In this document: positions 49,787 through 62,366 of the stretch, piece by piece | Position numbering within the stretch: position 1 is the first letter of the stretch | Layout of the letters: every line of letters starts with the position of its first letter | Source of the DNA: Mobula hypostoma | Taxonomy: Eukaryota | Length of the DNA stretch: 64,000 nucleotides | Assembly (NCBI RefSeq): GCF_963921235.1 | Contig: NC_086108.1 | Span: 73,968,001 to 74,032,000 of the forward strand | Direction: 5' to 3' | Notes under the pieces: generated by a model | Told to the model about the DNA's origin: nothing | Seen by the model: the letters and a program-made list of their open reading frames with translations, nothing else | Database searches by the model: none | Made by a program: the position numbers and the translations under genes

Positions 49787-52700
49787 TTGTGCCGGCAGTT
49801 TCGCCAATCGCTGCCAGTTTTTGTTTATTGCATCTTTGTTTTACCTTTACCATCTAGTATTGGAGAGTGAAGAACTTACCAAAGTACAGGAACCCGAAGG
49901 ATTGACTAAAGTTGGTGTCGCTCGGCGGTTTTATAAAGGATCTACCTTATTGAATCTTCGTTCAGGAATAGTGGACTGCATCTGAGATAACCCCTGCAAG
50001 ATCAGGAAGGTTTGTGCAGTGTTCACTCTCCAGGGAAAGGTCAGTTCCTTTAAGCCGTTATTTCCTTCATCCTAAATCCTTTGGACAAGGTATGTCTCGG
50101 CTGGGATCAGCAGTAACGTCACCCCAGTACCAGAGGGCATGCTTTAAGAATAAGGGGTAGGTTATTTAGGACAGAGTTGAGGAGGAACTTCTTCTCCCAG
50201 AGAGTTGTGGAGGTGTGGAATGCACTGCCTCAGAAGGCAGTGGAGGCCAATTCTCTGGATACTTTCAAGAAGGAGCTAGATAGGTATCTTATGGATAGGG
50301 GAATCAAGGGTTATGGGGACAAGGCAGGAACCGGGTATTGATAGTAGATGATCAGCCATGATCTCAGAATGGCGGTGCAGGCTCGAAGGGCCGAATGGTC
50401 TACTTCTGCACCTATTGCCTATTGTCTTCGAAAAAATCAGTTTTCAGGGAAGTCTCTCCTTACTGACTGTATAAATCACTTGGACTTTCGAATTTACCAC
50501 TTTAAGACTGTGTTCGAATTTACCACTTGAAGAACTGTTCCAGAGTTCGGCTGTTAAATTGCCATATAGCAGTTAACTTCCGGTTAAAGTAGTCATTTGT
50601 TTACTTTTCACTATTATTGAGCAGAGTTTAATAAATGTTTACATTTGTTTATAAAACCTGAATAAATTCTATATTCATTGTTGCCGACCACGTAACAGAA
50701 ATTGGGGGCTCGTCTGGGATTTGTTCCAATTTTGAGTTTAAGTGCTTGTTTAATTATCAATCTGATTTGGAAAAGGGAAATACCCGATTCTTTTGTTTGA
50801 TTGGTCTGTGGGTGGTATTTGGCAGCAATGACTATTGACAAATTTCTGGCATCACCAGACCCGGAGGTATTAGCAAAGGCGAAAAAGGGTGATGTATCCA
50901 AGACTGCTACAAGGTTGGACCTTAAAGGGATATCGAAGGTTACAACAAAGCCAGTAATTCAGAGGAAAATAGCAGATCACTATATAAACTCGGGAGATTT
51001 TGATGAAGATGTGTTAGATATGTTTCCAATGAGTAAACTGAAGATGCAGTTACATATCGAACAAATAAAGTTAGAGCAATTTAAACTGGCGGTGGCGGCT
51101 AGAGAAGCAGATAAACAGAGGGAACTTGAGCTAGCAATGGAGAAATTAAAGTCTGAGAATAAGGCGTCTGGTTCTAGGAAACGGTTTGCTGTTAATCAGG
51201 AAATTAAATTAGTTCCTCCATTTAAATGAGGCAGATGTAGATAAATATTTCCAGCATTTTGAAACTATTGCTCTGATTTCACAGTGGCCGAAAGATAAAT
51301 AGCCAGTGCTGTTACAAAGTGTAATTAAAGGTAAGGCACAACAGGTTTATACAGCTTTAACTGCTGAGCAAGCACTTGATTATGATATTGTGAAGCAGCA
51401 TATATTGAAAGCATATGAACTGGTTCCGGAAGCTTATAGAGAAAGATTCAGAAATTTGAAGAAATCCGTGGACAAAACTTACGTGGAATTTGCCTACGAT
51501 AAATCTGTGTGTTTTGAGCAATGGGTTTCCTTTAAAAAATGTGAATGGGCAGTATGATAACTTAAAAGAGTTGATTTTAATGGAGGAGTTTAAAAGGTGC
51601 GACCCTGTTGACGTAAGGACATACTTAAATGAGAGGGACACTGCTACATTGCAGGAGTCTGCTAAATTACCAGATGAGTATGCCTTAATCCACAAGAGTA
51701 AATTTCCTCCGGGTAGAACTTTTAAAGGGAAAAATAGCACAGAGAGTCAAGGTAAACCAGAAATTAAATCAGAAGTTAGTGAGAAAGGTAAGGATGAAGG
51801 GGAAACATGTGAAGGGAAGTCATTTTGGTCCTATTTGTAATTATTGTAAGAAACCTGGTCATGTAGCAGCTAACTGTTTCCAACTGAAGAAGAAGGGGAA
51901 GGAGGCAGTCCCAGATGCCTGTGTGCAACATATTGAAAAACCTGTAAATCCACAGGGTTCGATAAATTTGAATGAAGCTTTGTCAAAGTCTGACCAAGTT
52001 AAGAGGGAATGTGATCATTTTATAACCGAAGGATTTGTATCCTTGAAAGAGGGGTCCACTCCAGTGACAATAAAAACTCTTAGGGATACTGGAGCTTCTC
52101 AGTCACTTATGTTAGACAGTGCTCTAAAGTTTAATGATGAGTCTGACACTGTTGAGGTAAACTATATACGAGATGTTGGGAGTGCCCTTATGCCTGTATA
52201 TTTGCATAGAGTAAATTAAGGTCAAGGTTAGTTACAGGACCTGTTAAAGTAGTACTACAACCCAGTTTACCCATGAATGATGTTTCTCTATTGTTAGGGA
52301 ATGACTTAGCAGATGGACAAGTTTTTCCTGAAGTCCATTTGACGATTAAGCCCATCTCTGATGAACCAAAGATGATTTCTAACATGGATTCCCCCTGTGT
52401 TGTAACCTGAGCTATGGGCAAAAAGATTGCTGAGGTGAATGGGCCTGTGCAGGATGAGGCTGCTACCCATAACCGCTCAACTCGGGATTCGAATTTTTAG
52501 GATGTGTCAGAAACTTTCTTACCTTCATTGTTTGATCAAGATTCTTGTAGTAAGCCTGACCATGAAGATTTGCCTCTGTCTCGGAAGGAGATGATAACAG
52601 AGCAGAGACAGAAGGAGATGATAACAGAGCAGAGACCCTGAGATAGTCAAGTTAAAGGAACAAACTCTCCCAGATAGTGAAATTGAGAAGGTGCCAATAG

Positions 52701-55440
52701 GATATTATTTTTAGAAGGGAGTATTAATGAGGAAGTGGAGATCACCTACAATTTCTGCAAGTGAGGAATGAGAGGTTGTTCACCAGGTAGTAGTTCCTAA
52801 AGTTTATCGGAATGAGATTTTAATTTTGGCTCATAGTATGCCCTTGAGTGGCCATCAAGGTGTGAAGAAAACGGCGAACCAGATTTTTAAACATTTTTAC
52901 TGGCCTGGTTTAAGAAAAGATGTGGCGACATTTTGCCAAACAGGTCATACTTGTCAGATTGTGGGTAAACCTAATCAAGTTACTCCAGTGGCCCCACTGC
53001 AACCTATTCCTGCAATTGTTGAACCATTTTCCAAAATTATTGTAGATTGTGTAGGCTCATTGGCAAAAGCTAAAACTGGCCATCAATATTTGCTGACCAT
53101 CATGTGTACTGCATCTAGGTTTCCAGAGGCAATACCTCTTAGGAATATAAAAGCCAAAACTGTGACAAGGGTTCTCATAAAGCTCTTTACTTTATTTGGG
53201 TTGCCTGAGGAAATACAATCTGATCAAGGTAGTAATTTTATGTCTGGATTTTTTCAGCAGATAGTTTATAAACTGCGAGCCAAACAGATTACATCATCTG
53301 CATATCATCCCGAATCACAAGGGGCCTTAGAGGGGTTCCATTCTACCCTCAAAACAATGATTAAGACATTTTGTATGGAAAATGAAAAGGATTGGGATGA
53401 GAGCGCTCATTTACTTTTATTTTCAGTCAGAGGGTCAGTGCAGGAATCTTTAGGTTTTAGTCCTTTTGAACTTGTGTTTGGGCATAGAGTTAGAGGACCT
53501 TTGGCATTGTTAAAAGAATAGTGGATTAATAAATAGGTACATACTAATTTATTGGATTATGTTTTCAAGTTTAAGGAAAGATTGCATAAAGCTTGTAGCT
53601 CAGCCAGGGAAAATTTAAAATTGGCTCAGGAGAAAATGAAAACTTGGTATGACAAGGAAGCTAGACTGAGGTCATTTAAGCCTGAAGTGTTGGTTCTTTT
53701 CCTGGTGCAAACAAACCCTTTACAAGCCAAATTTCATGGTCCTTATGAGATTATACCTAAAGTTAATGATGCGAATTATGTGATAAAAACACCAGATCGA
53801 AGAAGGCCAACACAGCTTTGTCATATAAATATGATAAAGCCATTTTATGAAAAACAGTCTACTACTATGACTGTTGTGGTCAATAATAGTGAGTCTGATC
53901 CCACTGGGAACTTAATGGATGATTCATCTGAGTCTTATTTTAAACCAAACATTATTTCTGCCAGATTACCAAACTCAACAATTCTGGAAAGCATTGATGA
54001 GAAATTAGCTCATTGACAGCTAGAGCAGAGGCAGCAGATGAAGCAGTTAATTTTTAAATATAGGGATTTATTTCCAGATGTTCCTAAAAGAACCACAGTA
54101 GCTTCACATAATGTAGATGTTGGAGATTCCAAACCCATAAAGCAACATCCATATGGGATGAACATGAAGAAATGTGCACTTGCTGAACAAGAAATTAAGT
54201 GTATGCTAGAGAATAATATTATTAGACCTTCTAATTCGAATTGGAGTTCACCTTATGTTATGGTGCCTAAGCCAGACGATAGTATTCAGTGTTGTACTGA
54301 TTACAGGAAGGTGAATGCTGTAACAAAAAACTGATGTATATCCAATCCCTAAGGTAGATGATTGCGTGGATAAAGTTGGAAAAGCAAAGTTCCTTACAAA
54401 GATTGATTTGTTAATGGTGTGTTCCATTGACGGATAGAGGTAGAGAGATTTCTGCATTTGTAACACCTTCTAGGTTAGATGAATATAATGTTCTACTATT
54501 TGGAATGAAGAATGCACCAGGTACTTTCCAGTGGATGATTAATTCTGTGATTCATGGGTTAAAAGATACAGATGCCTATATTGATGATTAGTTACAGGAA
54601 ATGATTCCTGGGAAGCACATATTGCTGTGGTGGAGAAACTATTTGAAAGGCTTTCAAAAGCTAACTTAACTATTAACTTAGCTAAAAGTGAATTTGATCA
54701 TGCCACTGTGACCTACCTTGGTTATGTTATGGGTCAAGGTAAGTTCGCTCTTGTTCAAGCAAAAGTTCAGGCAATATTAGAGGTACCCACTCCAACTGGT
54801 AAAAAGACTCTCAGAAGATTCTTGGGAATGGTAGGATATTACCGAAAAATTTGTAAGTATTTTGCTGACATTGCCCTTCCATTAACTAATCTCTTGAAGA
54901 AAAGTGAAAAGTTTGTTTGGACAGAGCCTTGTCAGGAGGCATTTGATAAATTGAAAACTATGCTATGTCACAAACCTGTGCTCAAATCACCTGACTTTGA
55001 AAAACCATTTTCATTAGCTGTAGATGCTAGTGATGAGGCTACAGGAGCAGTGTTACTTCAAAGGGATGAGGGTGATGAGGTTGATCATCCAGTAGCTTAC
55101 TTTTCTAAGAAATTTAATGGGTTTCAAAGAAAGTATTCAACTATAGAAAAGGAATTATTATCCCTTGTTTTGGCTTTACATTTTAATGTGTATGTGGGTA
55201 CAACTCAGAAAGCACTCGTAGTTTACACCAATCATAATCCGTTAGTGTTTTTGAGTAAGATGAAAAACAAAAATAGAAGGTTACTGAACTGGAGTTTGAT
55301 GTTACAGGAGAATAATACTTTGATAACTCATTAAAGGCAAAGATAATGTGATTGCACCCTGTCTATCTAGATGTTGAATGTACAATGTAATTTTTTTTAT
55401 GGAGTGGTATTTTAACATTTGTAACACTCCTACTGTACAT
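49787..55440 (+). mobile_element. Gmr1-like Ty3/Gypsy retrotransposon (gag-PR-IN-RT-RH order), degenerate, 3' LTR missing
   Basis: The LTR ends ...GTAACA at 50697. PBS TGGGGGCTCGTCTGGGAT (tRNA-Pro) at 50703-50720. Gag has a SCAN-like region and CNYCKKPGHVAANC; protease LRDTGA. Integrase 52826-53521 and a GPY/F region come before RT (54038-~54900) and RNase H (AVDASD, YSTIEKE). Confidence 0.92.
50127..50428 (+). mobile_element. CR1 3' fragment inserted in the Gmr1-like LTR
   Basis: Translates TRGHALRIRGRLFRTELRRNFFSQRVVEVWNALP; CCTATTG tail repeats. Confidence 0.85.
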
Positions 55441-55777
55441 TAGGTTAGCTGCTGAGTCCTTGAATACTAACCAGTCCACCGATTCAAAGCAGCTGAAGGT
55501 TTCCTCAATTCCCACTGCATCCAATTTTATATCAATTTCCTTACATCATTACTCCTGAACTAAGACTAACATTAAACAATCAACAACCAGTGGATTGTTT
55601 AAGGTAGTACATCAAATCCACATGATTGGAACCAAATGGAAAATAAAATCACTCAAATATGGCTTTGAGGAGACGTGCTAAAATTGTCATCAACAGTAGT
55701 CACTCTTACCTCAAGCAACACACATAAAAGTTGCTGGTGAACGCAGCAGGCCAGGCAGCATCGCTAGGAAGAGGTGC

Positions 55778-55813
55778 AGTCGACATTTCAGGCCGAGACT
55801 CTTCGTCAGGACT
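55778..55813 (-). ncRNA. Hammerhead motif in 3' pLTR (two substitutions)
   Basis: Reverse complement reads AGTCCTGACGAAGAGTCTCGGCCTGAAATGTCGACT. Confidence 0.65.
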
Positions 55814-56108
55814 AACTGAAGGAAGAGTGAGTAAGGGATTTGAAAGTTGGAGGGGGAGGGGGAGATCCAAAATGATAGGAGAAGACAGGAGGGGGAGGGA
55901 TGGAGCCAAGAGCTGGACAGGTGATAGGCAAAAGGGATACGAGAGGATCATGGGACAGGAGGTCCGGGAAGAAAGACGGGGGGGGGACGGGACCCAGAGG
56001 ATGGGCAAGAGGTATATTCAGAGGGACAGAGGGAGAAAAGGGAAAGTGAGAGAAAGAATGTGTGTATAAAAATCAGTAACAGATGGAGTACGAGGGGGAG
56101 GTGGGGCA

Positions 56109-59100
56109 TTAGCGGAAGTTAGAGAAGTCAATGTTCATGCCATCAGGTTGGAGGCTACCCAGACGGAATATAAGGTGTTGTTCCTCCAACCTGAGAGTGG
56201 CTTCATCTTTACAGTAGAGGAGGCCGTGGATAGACATGTCAGAATGGGAATGGGACGTGAAATTAAAATGTGTGGCCACTGGGAGATCCTGCTTTCTCTG
56301 GCGGACAGAGCGTAGGTGTTCAGCAAAGCGGTCTCCCAGTCTGCATCGGGTCTCGTCAACATATAAAAGGCCACATCGGGAGCACCAGACGCAGTATATC
56401 ACCCCAGCCGACTCACAGGTGAAGTGTTGCCTCACCTGGAAGGACTGTTTGGGGCCCTGAATGGTGGTAAGGGAGGAAGTGTAAGGGCATGTGTAGCACT
56501 TGTTCCGCTTACACGGGTAAGTGCCAGGAGGGAGTTCAGTGGGGAAGGATGGGGGGGACGAATGGACAAGGGAGTTGCGTAGGGAGCGATCCCTGCGGAA
56601 TGCAGAGGGGGGGGGAGGGAAAGATGTGCTTAGTGGTGGGATCCCGTTGGAGGTAGCGGAAGTTACGGAGAATAATATGTTGGACCCGGAGGCTGGTAGG
56701 GTGGTAGGTGAGGACCAGGGGAACCCTATTCCTAGTGGGGTGGCGGGAGGATGGAGTGAGAGAAGATGTACGTGAAATGGGGGAGATGCGTTTAAGAGCA
56801 GAGTTGATAGTGGAGGAAGGGAAGCCCCTTTCTTTAAAAAAGGAAGACATCTCCCTCGTCCTAGAATGAAAAGTCTCATCCTGAGAGCAGATGCGGCGGA
56901 GATGGAGGAATTGCGAGAAGGGGATGGCGTTTTTGCAAGAGACAGGGTGAGAAGAGGAATAGTCCAGATAGCTGTGAGAGTCAGTAGGCTTATAGTAGAC
57001 ATCAGTGGATAAGCTGTCTCCAGAGACAGAGACAGAAAGATCTAGAAAGGGGAGGGAGGTGTCGGAAATGGACCAGGTAAACTTGAGGGCAGGGTGAAAG
57101 TTGGAGGCAAAATTAATAAAGTCAACGAGCTCTGCATGCGTGCAGGAAGCAGCGCCAATGTAGTCGTCGATGTAGCGAAGGAAAAGTGGGGGACAGATAC
57201 CAGAATAGGCACGGAACATAGATTGTTCCACAAAGCCAACAAAAAGGCAGGCATAGCTAGGACCCATATGGGTGCCCATAGCTACACCTTTAGTTTGGAG
57301 GAAGTGGGAGGAGCCAAAGGAGAAATTATTAAGAGTAAGGACTAATTCCGCTAGACAGAGCAGAGTGGTGGTAGAGGGGAACTGATTAGGTCTGGAATCC
57401 AAAAAGAAGCATAGAGCTTTGAGACCTTCCTGATGAGGGATGTAAGTATATAGGGACTGGACATCCATGGTAAAAATAAAGCGGTGGGGGCCAGGGAACT
57501 TAAAATCATCGAAAAGTTTAAGAGTGTGAGAAGTGTCACGAACATAGGTAGGAAGGGATTGAACAAGGGGGGATAAAACCGTATCGAGGTATGCAGAAAT
57601 GAGTTCAGTGGGGCAGGAGCAAGCTGAGACAATAGGTCGGCCAGGACAGGCAGGTTTGTGGATCTTGGGTAGGAGGTAGAAACGGGAAGTGCGAGGTGTG
57701 GGAACTATAAGGTTGGTAGCAGTGGATGGGAGATCCCCTGAGCGGATAAAGTTGGTGATGGTGTTGGAGACTGTGGCCTGGTGCTCCTTACTGGGGTCAT
57801 GATCGAGGGGTAAATAAGAGGAGGCATCCGCGAGTTGTCGCTGTGCCTGGGCAAGGTAGAGGTCAGTACGCCAGACTACAATAGCACCCCCCTTATCGGC
57901 GGGTTTAATAATAAGGTTAGGATTAGTGCGGAGGGAGTGGAGAGCAGAGCGTTCGGAAGGAGTGAGGTTGGAATGGGGACAAGGTGCGGTGAAGTCGAGA
58001 CGGTTGATGTCCCGTGGGCAGTTAGCAATAAAGAGATCCAGAGCAGGCAGAAGACCAGAGCGGGGTGTCCATGAAGAAGAGGAGGGTTGAAGACGGGAGA
58101 AGGGGTCATCGGTGGGCGTGGAAGAGTCCTTGCCGAAGAAGTAGGCTCAGAGACGGAGATGGCGGAAGAAAAGTTCCGCATCATGGCGAACACGGAACTC
58201 GCTGAGGTGTGGGCGAAGGGGGACAAAGGTGAGGCCCTTACTGAGGACAGAGCGCTCTGCCTCCGACAGTTGAAGGTCGGAGGGGATGGTAAAGACCCGG
58301 CACGGATGAGATCTGGGATCAGAGGGGGGAGGGAGGTTGGTGTCAATGGAGAGGGGATGGTTGGGGTGAGAGGAAGATGGAGCCTCTGAGGGCCCAGGAG
58401 CTGATGGTGGGATCTGAGGGAGACAGCGTTGCAGAGTGGTGGTGGGGGAAGGGGAGATGGGAGTCACAACAGCAGCACATAAAGACCCGGCTTGGAGTTC
58501 AAAGCTGGAGTCGCAGTTGGTGGTTGCGCAATCGCTTTGAATGTGTCCATGGTCGTTGCTGGAGTCCGGGTTTTGAATATACCGTGAGGTGTTGGAGCCG
58601 GCAAGATCAATGGCAGAGGCAATCTGAAGTTCATGCCTGCTAGTTTCATGGCCAGCAGGCTCTGGAGTCCGTAGATGTAGGATCTTGCGATCTTTGCCTA
58701 ACATGACAAAGTCAAAAAAACGGCGATTGCAGGCGTGGATCCGATGGAGGATGAAATAATGGGTAGGACCATTACAGACGGCGGAGAAAGTGTCCCAAAG
58801 GTGTGGAAGGGTCTTGGATAGGGACACCAAGTACCTCCTCATGGCGGAGAGAGTCGCCTTCAGAGCTTGACGGGAGAAGCGGCAAGAGGCAGAGTCAATA
58901 AAATGTGAGTACCTGGGATCCTCAGAAAGTCCAAATTGAGAGGCTTGGAAACAAATCCTAAAGCCAACTGGAGTAAGTTGACGGCGGAGGCACGTTCCAA
59001 GAAAGGATATATAGCTGTGATAGCGAGTCTGAGTCAAAGTGTGGTCGAAAAGTTGAAGAGACGAAGAAATTACAGATGGGGAACAGTGAGAGATGGTTTC

Positions 59101-59148
59101 ACTAAACTCCCGTCGAAGAAAGGATCTAAACTTCTTCGGTGTAGGCAT
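56109..59148 (-). pseudogene. Penelope RT-endonuclease ORF with one in-frame TGA and one homopolymer frameshift
   Basis: ORF 58147-59151 is in frame with ORF 56536-57468 across the TGA at 58147-58149. The reading switches to the frame ending at 56109 at the G-run ~56607-56616. Confidence 0.88.
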
Positions 59149-59284
59149 CACTGGAAGAGGCTTCGCAGTAGTGAATTTAAAAACGCAAACAACAGGAATT
59201 CTGCAGATGCTGGAAATTCAAGCAACACACATCAAAGTTGCTGGTGAACGCAGCGGGCCAGGCAGCATCTCTAGGAAGAGGTGC

Positions 59285-59320
59285 AGTCGACGTTTCAGGC
59301 CGAGACCCTTCGTCAGGACT
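59285..59320 (-). ncRNA. Hammerhead motif in 5' pLTR, intact
   Basis: Reverse complement reads AGTCCTGACGAAGGGTCTCGGCCTGAAACGTCGACT. Confidence 0.8.
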
Positions 59321-59775
59321 AACTGAAGGAAGAGTGAGTAAGGGACTTGTTGTTTGCGTCACTCTTACCTCAGCCATTTTCTTTACTTAGTGATCAGAGA
59401 TTCTACCAATTTTTATTACCTTATAAACACTTAGATTGAACAGATACATTAAATCATCGGCAACAATAGCACATTAAATCAACACAGTTGGAATAAAAAG
59501 GAAAGTTACTCAATCCAAAATTCTCTATTAAAAAAGGCCACATCAGAGTCATAAAGATATTTAGTTTGGAAACAGCCCCTTGTCCAGATCAGCCAAGTTG
59601 TCTTCCTAAACTAATCCCTTTTGCCTGCATTTGGTCTGTATCCCTTGAAAGCTTTCCCATTTGTAAACTTGATCAAATTTCTTTTGAAGATAATGGTACT
59701 TGTCTCTACTACTTATTCCATATGCTAACACCCTATGCATGAACAGTTGCCCTCAACCCCTCTTTTCCCTTCACC

Positions 59776-60455
59776 CTAGGTTGACTCTGTGGTTAAGAAG
59801 GTGTACAGTGTTTTGGCCTTCATAAATCATGGAATTGAATTTAGGAGCCGAGAGGTAATGTTGCAGCTATATAGGACCCTGGTCAGACCCACTTGGAGTA
59901 CTGTGCTCCGTTCTGGTCGCCTCACTACGAGAAGGATGTGGAAGCCATAGAAAGGGTGCAGAGGAGGTTTACAAGGATGTTGCCTGGATTGGGGAGTATA
60001 CCTTATGAAAACAGGTTAAGTGAACTCAGGCTTTTCTCCTTGGAGCAATGGAGGATGAGAGGTGACCTGATAGAAGTGTATAAGATGATGAGAGGCATTG
60101 ATCGTGTAGATAGTCAGAGGCATTGATTGTGTGGTTAGTCAGAAGCTTTTTCCCAGCGCTGAAATGGTTGCCACAAGAAGACACAGTTTTAAGGTGCTGG
60201 GGAGTAGGTACAGAGGAGATGTCAGGGGTAAGCTTTTTCACTCAGAGTGTGGTGAGTGAGTGGAATGGGCTGCCGGCAACAGTGGTGGAGGCATATACAA
60301 TAGGGTCTTTTAAGAGACTTTTGGATAGGTACACGGAGCTTAGAAAAATAGAGGGCTATGGGTAAGCCTAGTAATTTCTAAGGTAGGGACATGCTCGGCA
60401 CAACTTTGTGGGCCGAAGGGCCTGTATTGTACTGCAGGTTTTCTATGTTCTATGT
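59776..60455 (+). mobile_element. CR1 3' fragment nested in an older minus-strand CR1 remnant (~59545-60575)
   Basis: ORF 59893-60126 (EYCAPFWSPHYEKDVEAIERVQRRFTRMLPG), a 25-nt internal duplication at ~60096-60145 and a TTCTATG tail. Confidence 0.88.
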
Positions 60456-60587
60456 CTTCTTGTTTTAGACTCCGCTGGGAAAAAGACAGTGGCCATCTAC
60501 CTTATCAATGCCTTTCCTGATTTTACAAATCTCTGTGAGGTCACCACTTAGTCCCCTTCACTCCAGGGAAAACTAGAGTTCCACAGT

Positions 60588-61135
60588 TTAGGAGCGTAGT
60601 TCAAAAAAAGCTGACCTGCCAATTATCTTTTGAGAGACGTTGTTTAAATTTAAGAGACCAGTGGCAGAAGACTTGAGTGCTTGAGCAGGATTATACAATG
60701 AAAGCAATTCTGTGATGTACTCTGGTCCCAGTCCATTAAGAGCTTCAAAAGCAAGTAAGAGAACATTAAAATCAATTCTAAAAGATAAAGGAAGCCAATG
60801 CAGAGTAGCTGGGACAGGAGTGATAATTTCCCTCATCCTTGCCCTCATCCTCGTTTTAGTTATAAGTCCAGCAGCAGCGTTCTGAATGAGTTGAAGTTTG
60901 TCAATAGATTGCTTTCGAAAACCAGTAAGGAGTGCATAGCAGTCTAGTTTATTAAAGGCGTGAATTAGTTTCTCAGCATCATTATGTGCCAGAAACTGAT
61001 GTACCTTAGTAATATTTCTTAAATATACAAATATTATTCTGTCACTTTCTTTAGGTGGGAATTAAAATCAGGGACAACACCCAGGCTTGTTACTTATGAT
61101 TTTACAAGAAGAGCCAAGTTCCCAAGTTTATCAAG
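60588..61135 (-). mobile_element. L2 LINE fragment
   Basis: Minus ORF IITPVPATLHWLPLSFRIDFNVLLLAFEALNGLGP, preceded by KLQLIQNAAAGLIT (L2 ORF2 C-terminal motifs). Confidence 0.85.
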
Positions 61136-61549
61136 AAGTTTATTCTTATAAATTTTATTCTTATAAAATTCATATTTTAACTTGAAGCACATCCATCTCC
61201 ATCCAGTCATTATTTGCCCTTGAAACAGTACTGTAAGTCAAGCTTTCTAAATATTGGTAAACATCTATAGATGTACTTTGAAGTATTATGTTTATCATTC
61301 ATCATTATTAAGCTGTCATCGCACCATAGATCTTTCTCGTTCACAGCTATAAAGTGGTGCAAGTGCGTATTACCCTGTTTAACGCTGAGCATGAGAATAA
61401 TCAATAATATTAACATATACAGACATATTTTACTTAACACTGCAGTATCACAAAGTTTTCTCTCTAAAAAACTTGAAGACAACTTTTGGTTCGGGTGATT
61501 TTGAAAAGGTGTTAACTCCCTGCCCAGGTTTATACACAACATACTGCAA

Positions 61550-61845
61550 AGGCATGTGCTTTTTTCTCCATTTTGTCTATCTGTGTTGCCACTTTCATGG
61601 AACTCTGTACTTGTATCCTTAGGTGTCTTCTACAACACTGCCCAGGACACTTCCATTCACTGCATATATTCTGCCTTGGTTTAACTTCCCAAAATACACA
61701 CACTTATCTCAGTTAAATTCCCTTTGCCATTCCATTGTCCACATTCCATCTGATCCAGATCTTGTAACCTGAGACAACTGTTTTCACAATCTACCATACC
61801 AGCAATTTCAGTGTTGTCCGCAAACCGACTAATCTTGCCACTTAC
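61550..61845 (-). mobile_element. Internal CR1 RT fragment
   Basis: Minus ORF 61681-61869 (ISRFADNTEIAGMVD...LQDLDQM). Confidence 0.7.
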
Positions 61846-61873
61846 ACGATAAAAGGCAATTCTTTGCATTTTG

Positions 61874-62063
61874 GTGGTTGGTGCGTGGAATGCACTGCCT
61901 GAGTCAGTGGTGGAGGCAGATACACTCGTGAAGTTTAAGAGACTACTAAACAGGTATATGGAGGAATTGAATGTGGGGGGTTATATGGGTGGCAGGGTTT
62001 GAGGGTCGGCACAACATTGTGGGCCGAAGGGCCTGTAATGTGCTGTACTATTCTATGTTCTAT
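61874..62063 (+). mobile_element. Short CR1 3' insertion
   Basis: Translates VGAWNALPESVVEADTLVKFKRLL; TTCTATG tail; TSD TTTGCATTTTG (61863-61873, 62064-62074). Confidence 0.85.
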
Positions 62064-62366
62064 TTTGCATTTTGAGTAAAATACACAAGATTCAATGTCA
62101 GTGTATCCATTAACGCTATCAGTTCTCAGAGTGCTTCAAATTACAACTCATATGCAACTAAAATGCATTTGCTTAAAAAGTGCTACTTAGCCTGATTTAA
62201 AAGACAACAAAGCAATAATCTTAGTTTTTAAGGAATTCTTAAATATTCACTTTTTAGTGATTCTGTATTATGCAATTAAATGGATTTTTTCCCTCCACCT
62301 AAATTATTCATGTAAATAAAACTTTCCAGTTAAATATGACTGTTAAACTGACACTCCAATATATTT

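Larger units (their letters stand above)
55714..59357 (-). mobile_element. Near-intact Penelope-like element (Neptune-type): RT + GIY-YIG, direct pLTRs
   Basis: pLTRs at 59177-59345 and 55711-55838; 15-bp TSD GTCACTCTTACCTCA (55699-55713, 59358-59372). Motifs KPADKGG, GVAMGT, RYIDD, Cys linker CKRNKCYTC and GVIYCVWC..C..LYVDET. Confidence 0.95.

Noticed and set aside
50703..50722. tRNA gene
   Set aside because: Only an ~18-20-nt complement of the tRNA-Pro 3' end, i.e. a primer-binding site. The SINE heads are likewise not intact tRNAs.
52584..52636. 27-nt tandem duplication (others at ~969-997 and 2592-2612)
   Set aside because: Ordinary local slippage duplications in dead or non-coding sequence.
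58147..58149. In-frame TGA in the Penelope ORF as selenocysteine or programmed readthrough
   Set aside because: The context (RLRL*AYFF) fits CGA>TGA CpG decay of an Arg, not a Cys position. I saw no SECIS.
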